From Felis catus (lineage: Eukaryota): a DNA stretch of 64,000 bases. Position 1 is the first letter of the stretch. Each line of letters begins with the position of its first letter. Position numbers and translations under genes: made by a program. Below the pieces are notes generated by a model, which saw only the letters and a program-made list of their open reading frames with translations, did no database searches and was not told where the DNA came from. The DNA is taken from NCBI RefSeq assembly GCF_018350175.1, contig NC_058369.1:20710001-20774000 (forward strand), read 5' to 3'. Shown here piece after piece: positions 12,228-23,500 of this stretch.

Positions 12228-14951
12228 CTGAAACACACAAGCATGGGTCAGGGAGGCTCCTCCTCCAGGGAGTCAGAGGTGGAGCAGAGGCACAGAGGGT
12301 GGCACGGCCACTAGCTGGTGCTGCCTGACTCTTGAGGGACCTGGTGAAGTCCAACATGAGCAGGACAGCAACTTGGCATGGAGGTCAAGAGCATGACTGA
12401 CTGTGGCGTTAGCTTTAAGTCACTGGACATCCCTGTGCCTCGGTTTCCTCACCTATAAAATGGGCCCCCTTGTTCTCAATGCTCTTGTAAGGACCCGAGC
12501 CAAGAGAGGGCTCCACAAACACCAGCACCAGTGACGGCTGTGGTCACGGCTAGTCCCGCTGCTGCTACAGCTGAGTGCGCAGACTGTGCTGAGGGTGTCA
12601 CCCGTGTCCTCTCAGGCCATCTGCACCACAGTTAGCAAGTTCATTTTATAAAGGAGGACGCAGACGCAAAGACAAAGTGACAAGCCCAAGGCCACACAGA
12701 GGCTCCTCCTGATGCACAGCACATGCCGTCAGCCCGTGACCTGGCGGTGGGGGCTGAGCTTGCTCTCCTGGTGCAGCTCCCATGGGTATTCCTTGAGAGT
12801 CTCCTGGGAAACAGGCTCGAGGGAAGCCCTCAAAAGGGAATCAGGGCCTGGCCCTACACTCAGCTCTGCCCCAGCCCCAGCAGCTCAGCCTCCCAGGGCC
12901 CAGGAGGAAGGCTGCACTTGAGGCTTCACAAGCGAGGTTTGCTTAAGCGCAGCCCACCCACCTCACTTACTCGACTTCCCCCAGCAGGCCCATGCATCAG
13001 TAACATCTCCCACCACAGCCAGCCAGCTTCCGCCAATCCACCCAGCTTCCCCTGGTGCCGCTCTCAGACTCCTCCGCTTGACCTACAGTAGGAGCTCAAT
13101 AAATATTGGTCAAGCCACTGAACAACTCAGTCCTGTCATCCCTCCACCCCTGGGCCTAGGGTAGCTGACTCTCTCTGTGCCAAGGATGTAGATTAACCAG
13201 AGGCAGCTCTCTGGGGCCCTCAAGGTCCCCACCTCTGATTCTGAGACCACTGGGAGCCAGGCACAAAGGCGGCGCTTCATCAGTGCACTCGCACAAGATG
13301 ACACGCAGGTTCACAAGCTGTTCTGCTTCTGACGCTCACTCTCTCTGGCCCAGCAGAGCTTCCCCTCCTCACCCCATATTTACCCAAGGCTAAGTATGCA
13401 ATAGGTACATAATCCAGATTCGGGGACTGACTAGGGGCAAGACTAGCAGGGCAAGAGATACATATGGTGGCTTTGTGCAGAGTCCTGTGGTCTGACCTTG
13501 AGACTTCGGGCTAAAGGGGTGGTGGAGATGAGCTTCCAGTGGTGACACACCAGGATATGGGGAACGCCTGGCCCCCAAACCCACTCCTGGGTGATCCAAA
13601 GTGAAACTGCTTCCGCTGGCTTTATTTTTAGCACTCTCAGGGTGTGGCTGAACAGTGTGGGGGCTGGGGCTTGATCCTGTCCCACTGAGTCCTAGGGGAT
13701 GCTTGGGCCTCTATTCCTTCACTTGTGTCCCTCCACCCCTACACCCCCAGATGCAGAGGGGCCTTCAAGAAGGACAAAGACACCCATGACCCAGGCTCAG
13801 GCCCTGGAGTCTGTCCGGGGTCCCCTTTTCCCCTCCCCTTTCTCAGTGAGGGAGAGTGAATGCTCAGGCAGCATACACACACCTCTCCGCCGCCGCCGGC
13901 AGCGTTCTCCTGGGCAGAGCTGGGAAGCTCTCCCATCGCCAGGTCACAGCCCCTCCCCCAGGCCTCAGCTTCCTTCCTTCCTCCCAGCCAGGCACCTAGT
14001 TTTGGTTCCCAGTAAGCGGATGAGGCGGGGAAGCCTCCCACTTCCTGTTATTAAAGCTAGCCCAGCCCAGCTGACAGCAAAACGCCCTCCACTGGACAGG
14101 GCTGCCGGCAGGAGAGGACTGTCCAGGCCACCTCCCCTCTACCATTGGAGGCTGGGGAGAAACACGGGGTCACCAGGCTCAGAGAACCAAGGGTTTACGT
14201 ACACCCTGATCTTATATCTCTTCCCCACACCCTGGGAAGAGCCACGGCCGGGAAGATGGCCTGTAGTCTAACAGCCTCCAGCTGGCCATGGAGGAAGCAG
14301 GATGGGGAGGTCAAAGATAAGGCAACTTGTGGAGCTTGAGTCAGCTGGGGATGTAGGGGGCTGAGGGCTCTAAGCCAAACAGCAGAATTGCAGAATGCTC
14401 TAGGGGAGGGCCCCTACACTCCAAGCAAGCCCCATAGGTTGCCGGAAGCATCTGGTGCCCCACCAAGTCACTCTGGGTCACCAGATTCCAAAAGCTGCCT
14501 ATTTGGGGTAGGCCTCTGGCTTCAGGGCCACCCTTCAGCCCCCTCAGGTACAAAATAAAGCCCAAAGCCCAAAGAGGGACCGTGACAGCCCCCTCCTGGA
14601 GAGACATGTGTGCTGAGGCGTGATGCAGAGCAAGCAAGACTCGTGGGAGGTCTGAGAGCTGTGATGTTTCAGCTAGATGAGCCCCAAACAGCAGAACCAG
14701 AAAAACACAAGCTGGACAGTAAAGTCCATGGGGTGCCAACAGTTGCAGGGAGCCCAGGACTCAGGGGACTGAGGGCCTCGGTGACTCACAGCAGGCATGG
14801 ATTCACCCATGGGCATATGTTGGCACATGCAGGGCACACACAGGCCTCGACAGGCCCAGAGGTACCCAGTCAGGCGCGGGTGACACCCAAGTCCTGTACA
14901 CACCTCAACGCACCTGCCCATCCACCCTGCCCAGAGCCCAGCGACACCTAC

Positions 14952-15386
14952 CAATGAAGCTGATGGCCTCAGGGAAGAACTGGGAGAGGTTCTGGCTCCA
15001 GTGGTCAGAGATGGGGATCTGCTTGTAGGTGAACTCGCCACCGTGCTCAAAGGCATTGGGCAGGTTAGGCGTGACGTTGAGGATATACTTGATGCCGTAC
15101 TTGCCGAGCACGTCCAGGTTAGTGGAGTCCTTGGCGCAGCCGAGGTAGAGGTAGGGCAGGATCTGGACGGGGAAGGCTGGTTGGCTGGATGGCACAGGGC
15201 TGCCGTCCGACTCAGTGGCACTGCTGGGCAACTCTCGGTCTGACTCTCCGTCTGAGCAGTCAGAGCTGATCCGCAGGCCCCCCAGGCCCAGCACTGAGGT
15301 GGGTGGTGAGCCACTTGGTGAGGACGAGCTGTCCACGTTTGTCTCACAATGCTCTGAATACTCTGTCTGGAACTTGTTGAAACCAC
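14952..15386 (-). CDS. DUSP7: DUSP7 coding exon 2 (linker with NES-like LGLGGLRI, start of catalytic domain)
   Basis: Acceptor CACAG|GT at 15388-15387. Reads [15 protein letters not shown]...[23 protein letters not shown]...[24 protein letters not shown]. Donor ATTG|GTAGGT at 14951-14950. Length 435 nt, frame-consistent with exons 1 and 3. Confidence 0.97.
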
Positions 15387-16649
15387 CTGTGGCCAGGGTG
15401 AGAGGCCCTGGGTGAGAGACTGCCCATGCCACTAGACCAATGGGCTGCACAAGACCAACGATGGCCAGAGCTGCCCATGTCAAGCACCATAACCCAACAG
15501 CCAACGTGGGCCAGGCAAAGTTTGTTACACATGTACCTTCTCCTGTGTTCTCTAGATCTATCCTACGACCCACTGGACAGAATGGGAAACTGAGGCCCCA
15601 GGAGGTGAAGTAACGTGCCTGAGCTCCATTCCCTTACCCATAAGGCTTCACAGCCCCGGCCATACCACCAGCTTTAGGGCACTTAAGGCCAGGCCCCAGC
15701 TCATTCATCTTCCACAGCTCCCATGCATACCTGGCACCCATGGGTGCTCAATAACTGCTAAGTGGTAAAGGAGAGCCGACAACCCAATCTCGGGCTAGCA
15801 CCTGTGGGTTTGCAAGCCCTTCTTATAGATGAGACTGCAGGGGCTGGTGCTGTGTCTAGGTCAGTTAGAGGCACAGAGGGCCTGGGCCTCCGGACTGGGA
15901 GTCCAGTACCTGCTCCTCACCACAACAGTTAGGAAGGGCAGTGTTAAAAGTGTTGGTTGCCCCTTTCCCCCCACAGTGGCAAGTTCATAAAAAGGGTCCC
16001 AAACTCCCCCTCTCTCCCTTAAAACACAAGACCCCCAGCCTTGGAAACACGGAGGGAGAGAGCTGCTGGGGCTTTACAGAGAGAAGAAATGGGGAGCGTC
16101 TTGCAACTAGGCATGGGCCCTGCGCCCGAGGGTGCTGCAGGCCTCCCCTCCCCGCCTGCCCGCCTGCTGCCAGCAAGAGGCCATTTTGGAATGTTAATTG
16201 GAAACACCGGCTGCAGCCACTCGCCCCCCAGCTGCCTCCCCCTTCCACAAGCTCTAGGGCAGGAGGCTGGGGATTTAGGGGTCCTGGAAAGCCAGGGAAA
16301 GGGACACTGCTTATAGGCCTGCCCCAAGTGCCCCAAGAGGCTGTGTCTCCAAGTAGTGAGACCAATGCTGAGATGCCCAGGGTACCCCAACCCAAACGGT
16401 CCCTATACCTTAAGGGCATGGATAATGCTGCCAAAGACTCCCCTAGCCTGACCCAGGTCTTCCAGGGACACGCATTCTAGACCGGAGGAGCTGGATCTGG
16501 GTGCCCGGTCGCTTTTCGGGTCCCAGGAGGAGACATCTCCCTCCTCTGAGGGGCTCATCTGGGCGCTGCCATGGCCCCAACGACAGGGGGAGGAAAAAAA
16601 AAAAAAAAAAGGAAATCTCAGGCCAGGAAAAGTTTGTTCGGCCCCCTCG

Positions 16650-17760
16650 AATCGTGCCGAGAAGGGGGCACAGAGGCGACCCCATGCTAGCCTAAACGCT
16701 CACTGCGGAGGCCCAGCTCCCGGTAGCGGCGGATGCGGGCCGGGGGCGACGTGGCGCCGGCCGGGCAGGCGGAGCGCAAGGAGAGAAAGTAGCCTCTGGC
16801 GGGGGCGTCAGGGAGCCGCGGGAGAGCCCCAGTCCTGGACAGGGGTCTCAGTGCTGCCCTCACCTTGGAGGTAGTAGGCCTGGCAGCCGTCGTCGCGAAG
16901 CTTTTGCAGGAGCAGGCCAAGCACCGAGGCAGGAGCGCCGGGCTCTGGCTGCCACTCGGCCGTGGCCTCGTCGTAGAGCAGCACGGTGGCCGCCTTGCAG
17001 CGCGTGGCGAAGCGCTCCTTGTCGGCGTGGTTGGGGATGATGGAGCGGATGGGCAGGTTGCCCTTGCGCAGGCGGCGCAGCATGAGGCCCGGGATGGCCA
17101 GGTTGATGGCCGTCTCGATGTGCGACGACTCGAAGAGCTCATGCGGCCGGCAGTCGAGCAGCAGCAGGGACGCGCCGCCGCGCGCCTCCAGCTCCTCCTG
17201 CAGCCACTCGGCGCTCTTGCAGGGCATGGCTCCCGCACCCGTCGCAGCTCCCGCGCCGGTGCTAGCGCCGGACCCGGACCCCGCACCGGGATCCGACCCC
17301 GCCCCGGTGTCCCCAGCAGCCGACGCCCCCGAGGCCGACATGTGCGCCCGCGCTGGGGGGCCGCGGAGCTGGTTTTTCATGGGGAGCGCGGGCGGCCCGG
17401 GGCAGGGGCCGGGCAGCCCTGCCCTGGGACGGCGCCCCGGCCGCGCGGGCCCCAGCCGCGTCTCCGGGCGCCCGCCTCCCGCCGAGCTGCGCGCCCGCCG
17501 CCCCGGCCTCCCGGCCTCCGTCCCGCCCGGCCCTCCGCGCGCGCCGCGGCCTGACAGCCCCAATTAAACCGCGGCTCTGGCGGCCGCGCGCCGAGGCGTC
17601 CTCCGGGGGGCGGGGCTGCAGGGCCGGCGCCGGGGCTTAAAGGCGCCGCGCCGCCGCCGCCCCTCCTCACGGAGTACGGGGGCGCGCTGGCGGCCCCGTG
17701 AGTCCTGGGACCTGCGCCTGCCCGGGCCCTCTCCCTGCCTCAGCCCGGAACGGGCTGTGA
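16650..17760. promoter_or_regulatory. DUSP7: CpG island over the DUSP7 promoter, 5'UTR and exon 1
   Basis: Very high GC and CpG density compared with the CpG-depleted flanks. GC box GGGGCGGGG near 17607-17615 and a TATA-like TTTAAG on the minus strand at 17641-17636. Confidence 0.9.
16864..17380 (-). CDS. DUSP7: Dual specificity phosphatase 7, coding exon 1 (Gly/Ala-rich N-terminus and rhodanese/CH2 domain with kinase-interaction motif)
   Basis: ATG at 17380 reads [14 protein letters not shown]...[14 protein letters not shown]...[37 protein letters not shown]...GCQAYYLQ, recognised as DUSP7. It ends at donor CAAG|GTGAGG (GT at 16863-16862). Length 517 nt, phase 1. Confidence 0.97.
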
Positions 17761-18269
17761 TTTGCCTGGAGTGCCCGGCCAAGACCTTTCCCTCTAAGCC
17801 CGCGCACCCAGGTCTTCCGAGTCCTACCTTGAAGGGCTGCCCTAGGGTCTTCCTGCGCCTAGCATCCCCTCCCCCACTTTCACTGAAGCAGAGTCTCCCC
17901 AGAGATGGGGCGGGGGGTGGGGGCCGTCACGCTGAGCCAACCTCCCCTCCTTCTATCAACCCCATTCATTCATTTTCTCAGCGAGTTCATTCAACAACTG
18001 GAAATTGAACGCCTACTACGCGCCAGGCACTGTGCTTAGGAGGTCGCCGTTTCAGGCAACTGACTAGTCACTATGATGGCCACAGGCTCTGAGACCTGAA
18101 AGGGGGTCCCATCCCAGCAGGCCTGATGGGGAATCAGCAACCAGGGGACGGCTGGAGTAGGAGGACCCAGGGCCGTGCCACACTCCACGGGCAAGAGTGG
18201 TGAAATCCTGGAAAGGACCGGCCCTGGGAAGAAAGAGCGAGCCCTTTAAGAAAGCTTTACAAGCGGGGA

Positions 18270-18720
18270 GGTGACAGGCGCCGAGTGAAGCGCCACGTGA
18301 CTTTTTCACAGGGGCGGGTGGGAGGGGGAGCTCTCCTTTATCATCAGGTCTCCCTCTCCAACCTCCTTCCCAATGTACCAATCAACTTTCGAGGTAGGCG
18401 GGAGTGCGTCGCTCAGATGGCCAATCGAGACCGAAGGAGGTGGTTGGGGAGTGAGGCGGAGGCTCGTCACCAGTTCCACCCAGTGCGGAGAAGTGGGCGG
18501 AGTCTCCGCGAACGCCGTGTGTCGGCTCGCAGGAGGGCGGGGCGGAGGAGGTGAATGGAGCCGCAGGTAGCGCTGGAACAAAGCGGCTCCACTCGAGCCG
18601 CGCGCGTGCGCAGGGACTGCCGCGCTTTTCCTACCGAGCCAGTGTCATCTGCCCGGGGAGGGAATTAGCGGCTAAGCCCTGCTGTCCGCCGGATCCGTTT
18701 TCTGCAGGCGGAGTGTCCTA
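18270..18720. promoter_or_regulatory. Second CpG-rich promoter-like element ~0.7-1 kb upstream of DUSP7
   Basis: E-box GCCACGTGAC 18292-18301, CCAAT boxes at 18370, 18378 and 18421, GC boxes (GGGCGGGGCGG ~18535-18545), and NRF1-like GCGCGTGCGC 18602-18611. Confidence 0.65.
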
Positions 18721-20499
18721 ACTTCCTTGCGGTTTAACCCTCCCACTCTGCCTGAGTCTGGTCGGCAAACAGCCACTAGCTTCTACCTACCCCTAGCTGG
18801 AGGGAGTCGGGGTCAGAGGCGGGGCCGGAGGTGCTTGAGATTTGCCGAAGGGAGGGCTTCTGGAACCCGGAGGATTTGAGCTTTCCTCTGACAGGAAGGC
18901 ATGAAGAGGGGCGGCGCTGGAGCAGTCCCCACTTCCCCCAGTCTTCCATGTGGAGGTTGAAGGGTTTCCAGAGCCACAGGGCTGTGTCTCAAAGGAGCAA
19001 GGGTCTCTCCCACAGTCACACTCAGAAACTCCAGAGCACTGCAGCCAGAGATGGTCTTAACCACCCGGGTAAGACCTTCTGTGACCAGAGAGGTGAAAGG
19101 AGAATCGTGTCTCTGGCTTCTGCCCAGGGTTGTCGGGGCGGGGGGAGGAGATGGGTTGCAGGGAGAACCTACTTCCTTGGAGTCCTAGGACCTGTGGAAA
19201 AGCTTCCAGGGTCTGAGAAGCCCAGATCCAGACTCTGCCCTGTCACTTGCTGATATGTTGTGACTGACGATAGTTCTCACCCCTGGGCCTCAGTTTTCCA
19301 GATTATAGGAGAGTGCTGGTTTGGCAAGAGCCCAGCAAGCCCATCACAGATCTGTCCAGCTGTGAGGGTACTTCTCTGCAGTAGGGCCCTTGGCTGGCTG
19401 TCCAGGTGTTGGTTGTCAGGGATGGAGGCAGCAAGTGAAAAAGAAACTTGAGCAGACCCACACTGGAGGGGACCTGCTGGCTGGTGAATCATTCCTCAGC
19501 GGGCTTGTTGAGGGCTTACTGGAGCTTCAGGTACAGCAGTGCCCAAGGAGAAAATTGGTCACTGCTCTCACTAGTGGGGGCACAACTGAAATGGGGACCT
19601 CCAATGTGTCCCCACAGTCCCTGTCCCCCCCCCCCCCATGGAGGAGAAAGAACCTCCCTGGACAGAGGAAAGGAGGCCCTGCCACCCCTCCCATTAGCTT
19701 GTGATGGCTCCCTTGTCTCCCCCTCAGGACTCTTCCAGGAGGCATGCACACGCTAGAGGAGAGACCTGTGAGGATGTGTGGAAATAGAGAAACTCTCCAG
19801 GAGGTGGGGGCGTCCTCCAGCAGGGATGTAAGAAGAGGCAGCGTTCAGATGACTACAGGATGAGGGGGGCACCGAGAAGAGGGTGACGTTAGAAGCAAAG
19901 GAGTGGAAGAGAATTAGTATGGCAGTATGAGCTGCCAGCAAGGTTGTGGGCTCCCGTCACTCAGCTTGGAGGAGTAGCCCAAAGCCTTGGTTCCCGAGTG
20001 GAAGCCCTGCCTCCAGTCTTGAACAGCTAATAAAGTGGATCATAGCAGGGATGCCCTGGATGTATGTGTATATGTGTGCAGGCGTGTGCAAGGGGGAACA
20101 CAGAATCCTCTGACTTACACAGCATAGCAGGAACTGGCCCTTGTTCAGACAGCAAGAGACCAGAACTACCTCTGTCCAGGGCCTTGCCCTTTAACAGTGA
20201 GCCGCCCTCAAGAATTCTGGGAAAGGGTACCTGGAAGAGGGAGCCTGGTGCCCTGGGCAAGGTCTTGTGATCAAAGACATTCCTCCTCTTCAGGAATGTG
20301 GCCTTTCCTGCCCTTCAGGGTTCAGGCCCTCCCTGCAGCCCCCAGGAGAGGTGCCCCACCTCCCCTCTTCCCCCTCACCGGGGTCTCCCTGAGGGCCAGT
20401 GTGGGGGCCCTCAGAACAGGTCTGGGTCCCTGGAGGTGAGCTGGTCTCAGGAGAGGAACTGCAGGTAGGGTATGTTTGAGCTCTCTGAAGGCTGTCCCT

Positions 20500-20970
20500 T
20501 TTTCCCACACACCTCCAGGCCTTTGCACACACTACTCCCTCGGCCTGGACATTTTTTGACCTCACCCTTTGCCTGCCTTCTAGAAGATCCCAGTTCAGGT
20601 GTCACCCTCAGAGAGGTCTCCTCTGATCCTCCAGGCTAGAATTACCCACCTTGCTCTGTGCCCCTGGGACCCCTGCCCCCATCTTTGCTCTGGAATCTAT
20701 CACTGTCACTGTTCAACACCCCCCACCAGACTTTCTCCCTTTGGACACCCAATGGTATGTCTACCTCCCCTCAAGCCCATTCTTCCTCCTGCCATCTGTC
20801 TCATCCCTGTTCCCCTCAGGTGCCAGGCCTGAGCCCATGAGGCGTGTTTGGAGCTACCTTCCTTGTCTGCACATAATCCATCCCCAGAAGCACAGTGAAG
20901 GGGCGTTCCCAGCAGGGCAAGTCTCGGCTATGACAGTGGGATGTTTGATGTGAATTGAGCAGAAATGAAC
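20500..20970 (+). mobile_element. LINE-2 3' relic (representative; similar fragments at about 3770-3930, 17965-18040, 24050-24420, 28820-29200 and 55930-56200)
   Basis: GGCCTTTGCACACACTACTCCCTCGGCCTGGA...GTCACCCTCAGAGAGGTCTCCTCTGATC...ATGTTTGATGTGAATTGA, similar to the L2 3' consensus. Confidence 0.6.
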
Positions 20971-21112
20971 TGATATGCCCCCCCTCCCCCACCACACACA
21001 CATCTACATGGTTGGTAACCCAGGAACTATGTCACCAAGAATAATTTAAGCATCTTGGAAGCAAACTTTCCCTTTTCCACTGGTGCCCATGGATTTCTTA
21101 GATAGGCCAACA

Positions 21113-21256
21113 TTTTTTTTTTTTTAAGTTCATTTATTTATTTTGAGAGAGCATGAGAGAGAGGGAGAGAGTGTTGGGGGGGAAATCTCAAGCAGACTCC
21201 ACATTGTCAGCACAGAGCCCAATGTGGGGCTTGAACCCACGAACTGGGAGATCATG
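21113..21256 (-). mobile_element. 5'-truncated Can-SINE
   Basis: Poly-T, TTTATTTATTTTGAGAGAG, GTCAGCACAGAGCCC...GGGGCTTGAACCCACGAACT...GATCATG. Flanked by GGCCAA(C/T)AT, a likely target-site duplication. Confidence 0.85.
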
Positions 21257-23480
21257 GGCCAATATGGTTTTGAATAGCATATGCCAGAGTGCGAGGAACG
21301 CAGGGGGGGTCAGTTCCTTGCCCTCCTAGCCTAAGAAGGCTAGTGCAAATTTAGGGTGAGCTCCTGCTTCCTTCCAGGAGGGCAGTTGGCAATAAGGATG
21401 GATTTCACATCCCACCATGAGATCTGAGAAGGGGCTGGGGAGAGGGCCGGGTACTCCAGGCCAACTGTGCCTGAGACCCAGACTGAGGGTCACTCTGCTT
21501 GTCCCTGAACTTGAGACAGCTTCTTCTCCATCCCTTGGTGGGGTGCCTGTGTGAGTTGCAGTCAGAGCGGGTAATGTCTAAGCTGGGCCAGAAGGGAATT
21601 GTGGAAGGCCCTGGCAGCTCCCTTGCCCTGGACAGAACTCTTGCTGTGCAGTCCTGTGCTTGTACGTGTACATACACGCATGCAAGGACACACACTATAT
21701 GCTGTATCATATGCTCACAGGCATAGATATGTGTGTGTGCAGAAATATACAATACACATGGACACACACAGACCCTGCACGCCTGGGCACTTGCCACTCT
21801 TGTTGGAGGTAGCCAGGAAGGGTTCTTACAGGCTGGGGGAATCTGCGTTCCCCTCCCCCAGACCTCCAGTCACCTGGACTCACCCTGTCCTATTGGCTAT
21901 TGCTAGGATCTCTTGTGGTGACAAGTTCTGAATCGAACCACGTTCTGCCACTGCCTTCCTTCCGGTGGGGAGCTGCCAGGCCTTGGGTGATGGCAGTGCA
22001 GCATGGGGAAGCTATGGCCCAGACAGGCGGCGCTAGTGTTAGGGAGCCACGTGCCTGTTCATCCCCCACCCCCCTGCCCTGCCCAGGTGTGTGGGCCAGA
22101 GGGGTGGGAGGACAGGGCCCTGGGGAGCAGGTGGGAGAGGGTTACACCCAGGATAAGCAGAGAACAAGACCCAGCAGGATGAAACTCCCCAAGGCTGCCT
22201 GGAGAAGGCAAAGGGGAAGAAGTAAGGAGAGCCAGCTCCCCACCATTCATGCTCAGACGTTTCGGGGCACCTGCCCTGGGCCAGGGAGTGTGCAGGGAAG
22301 GCAACTGGGACCTGAGAGGGGAGCTAGGCCAAAGTGATTCCTCCCTCTCCCAGCTCCCCACCCAGCAGTGGCAGAGCAGGCCCTCAGCCGACCTCCCTCC
22401 CCAAGTGGATCCCCGTGGCTTACTTGAGAGTGTGCTTCTCTCAGTTGCATACCCAGCCCACCGGGGTCAGCCTGAGGAGGGAGACTACAGGACACAAACA
22501 CAGGGCTTTGCCATGCTTTGTCCCTGGCAGGCATTACTAGTCAATCACAGCACTTTCTCCTGCTGAGCCACTCTCTGGCCTCAAAACCCTTCCAAGCAGG
22601 CATGACCAGCTGATTGATTGCGGTAGGCAAGGGAGATAAAGCCTATTTGCCAAGGCTTCGATTCACAGCCAGACCAGCAATGGCCTCTCTGTCCCCAGCC
22701 CCAGCTCACTTCACCCTGACCTTCTCCTGCTCCCTACTCTGTGCCCAGACACAGCACCTCTGCTTCCACACACTTCCTCATTCCATACTCCCACCCTCTG
22801 AAATCATCTCCAGCTTCTGAGGGGCCTCAGCCTCAGGAAGCCTGCCTTGCCTGATCTCAGCAGAGTCTGCTCCTTCTCCTGGTCCTTCCTGTGCAGTCCA
22901 TACTTTCTGCCCTCTCCCCACTTAAGGGCAGTTCAGCTCATGGGGATCTGTGGTAGAGCAGGTCCAGTCATGGAGCCTCACCTGTGACTTCACCTATGTG
23001 AGCTCTCCTTTCATCACTGGAGTCCCACTGTGGTCACCCAGAGTCCTAGGGCCCAACCAGGCCTTCCTCATGGCCCGGCCCTCCCTCCATTCCAAGCTCT
23101 CCCCAGCATAAGGGCCCCCTTAGGGGAGATGGGGGTCTCCCGGGCTGCTCTCTGCTCAGGGCTGATTTGGGACTGATGTCAAGCAGGCCTGGTTTTTGTC
23201 CTAGCACAAAGGCCACACCCTGTGCTGCCCTCATCCTATGGCAGCTTTCACATTCTCAGCCCTGCATGCACCGAGATTCTCCAGTGAGGAGACCAGGGCT
23301 TGTCTGTTCCACAGGTGGGGAAGCTGAGGCCTAGGAAGGGAAATGTCTTGCCCAAGGGCCTGGCTGCAGGCCCAGCCAGTTACTCACTTACCCATTGGGC
23401 CTGGGGTGAGTCATGGTGGCCCAGGTGATGGGAAGGAAACACATAAACACGGGCAAGTGGGAAGGGCAACCTTGGAGAAC

Positions 23481-23500
23481 GGGGGGGGGGGGGGGGGGGG
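23481..23500 (+). repeat. Poly-G run (20 nt)
   Basis: Seen directly. Confidence 0.9.

Noticed and set aside
16687..17567. Long overlapping ORFs (229 aa and 193 aa on plus, 199 aa on minus) over DUSP7 exon 1
   Set aside because: These are shadow frames of a very GC-rich coding exon that lacks stops. They have low-complexity Arg/Ala/Pro content and no recognisable domain.
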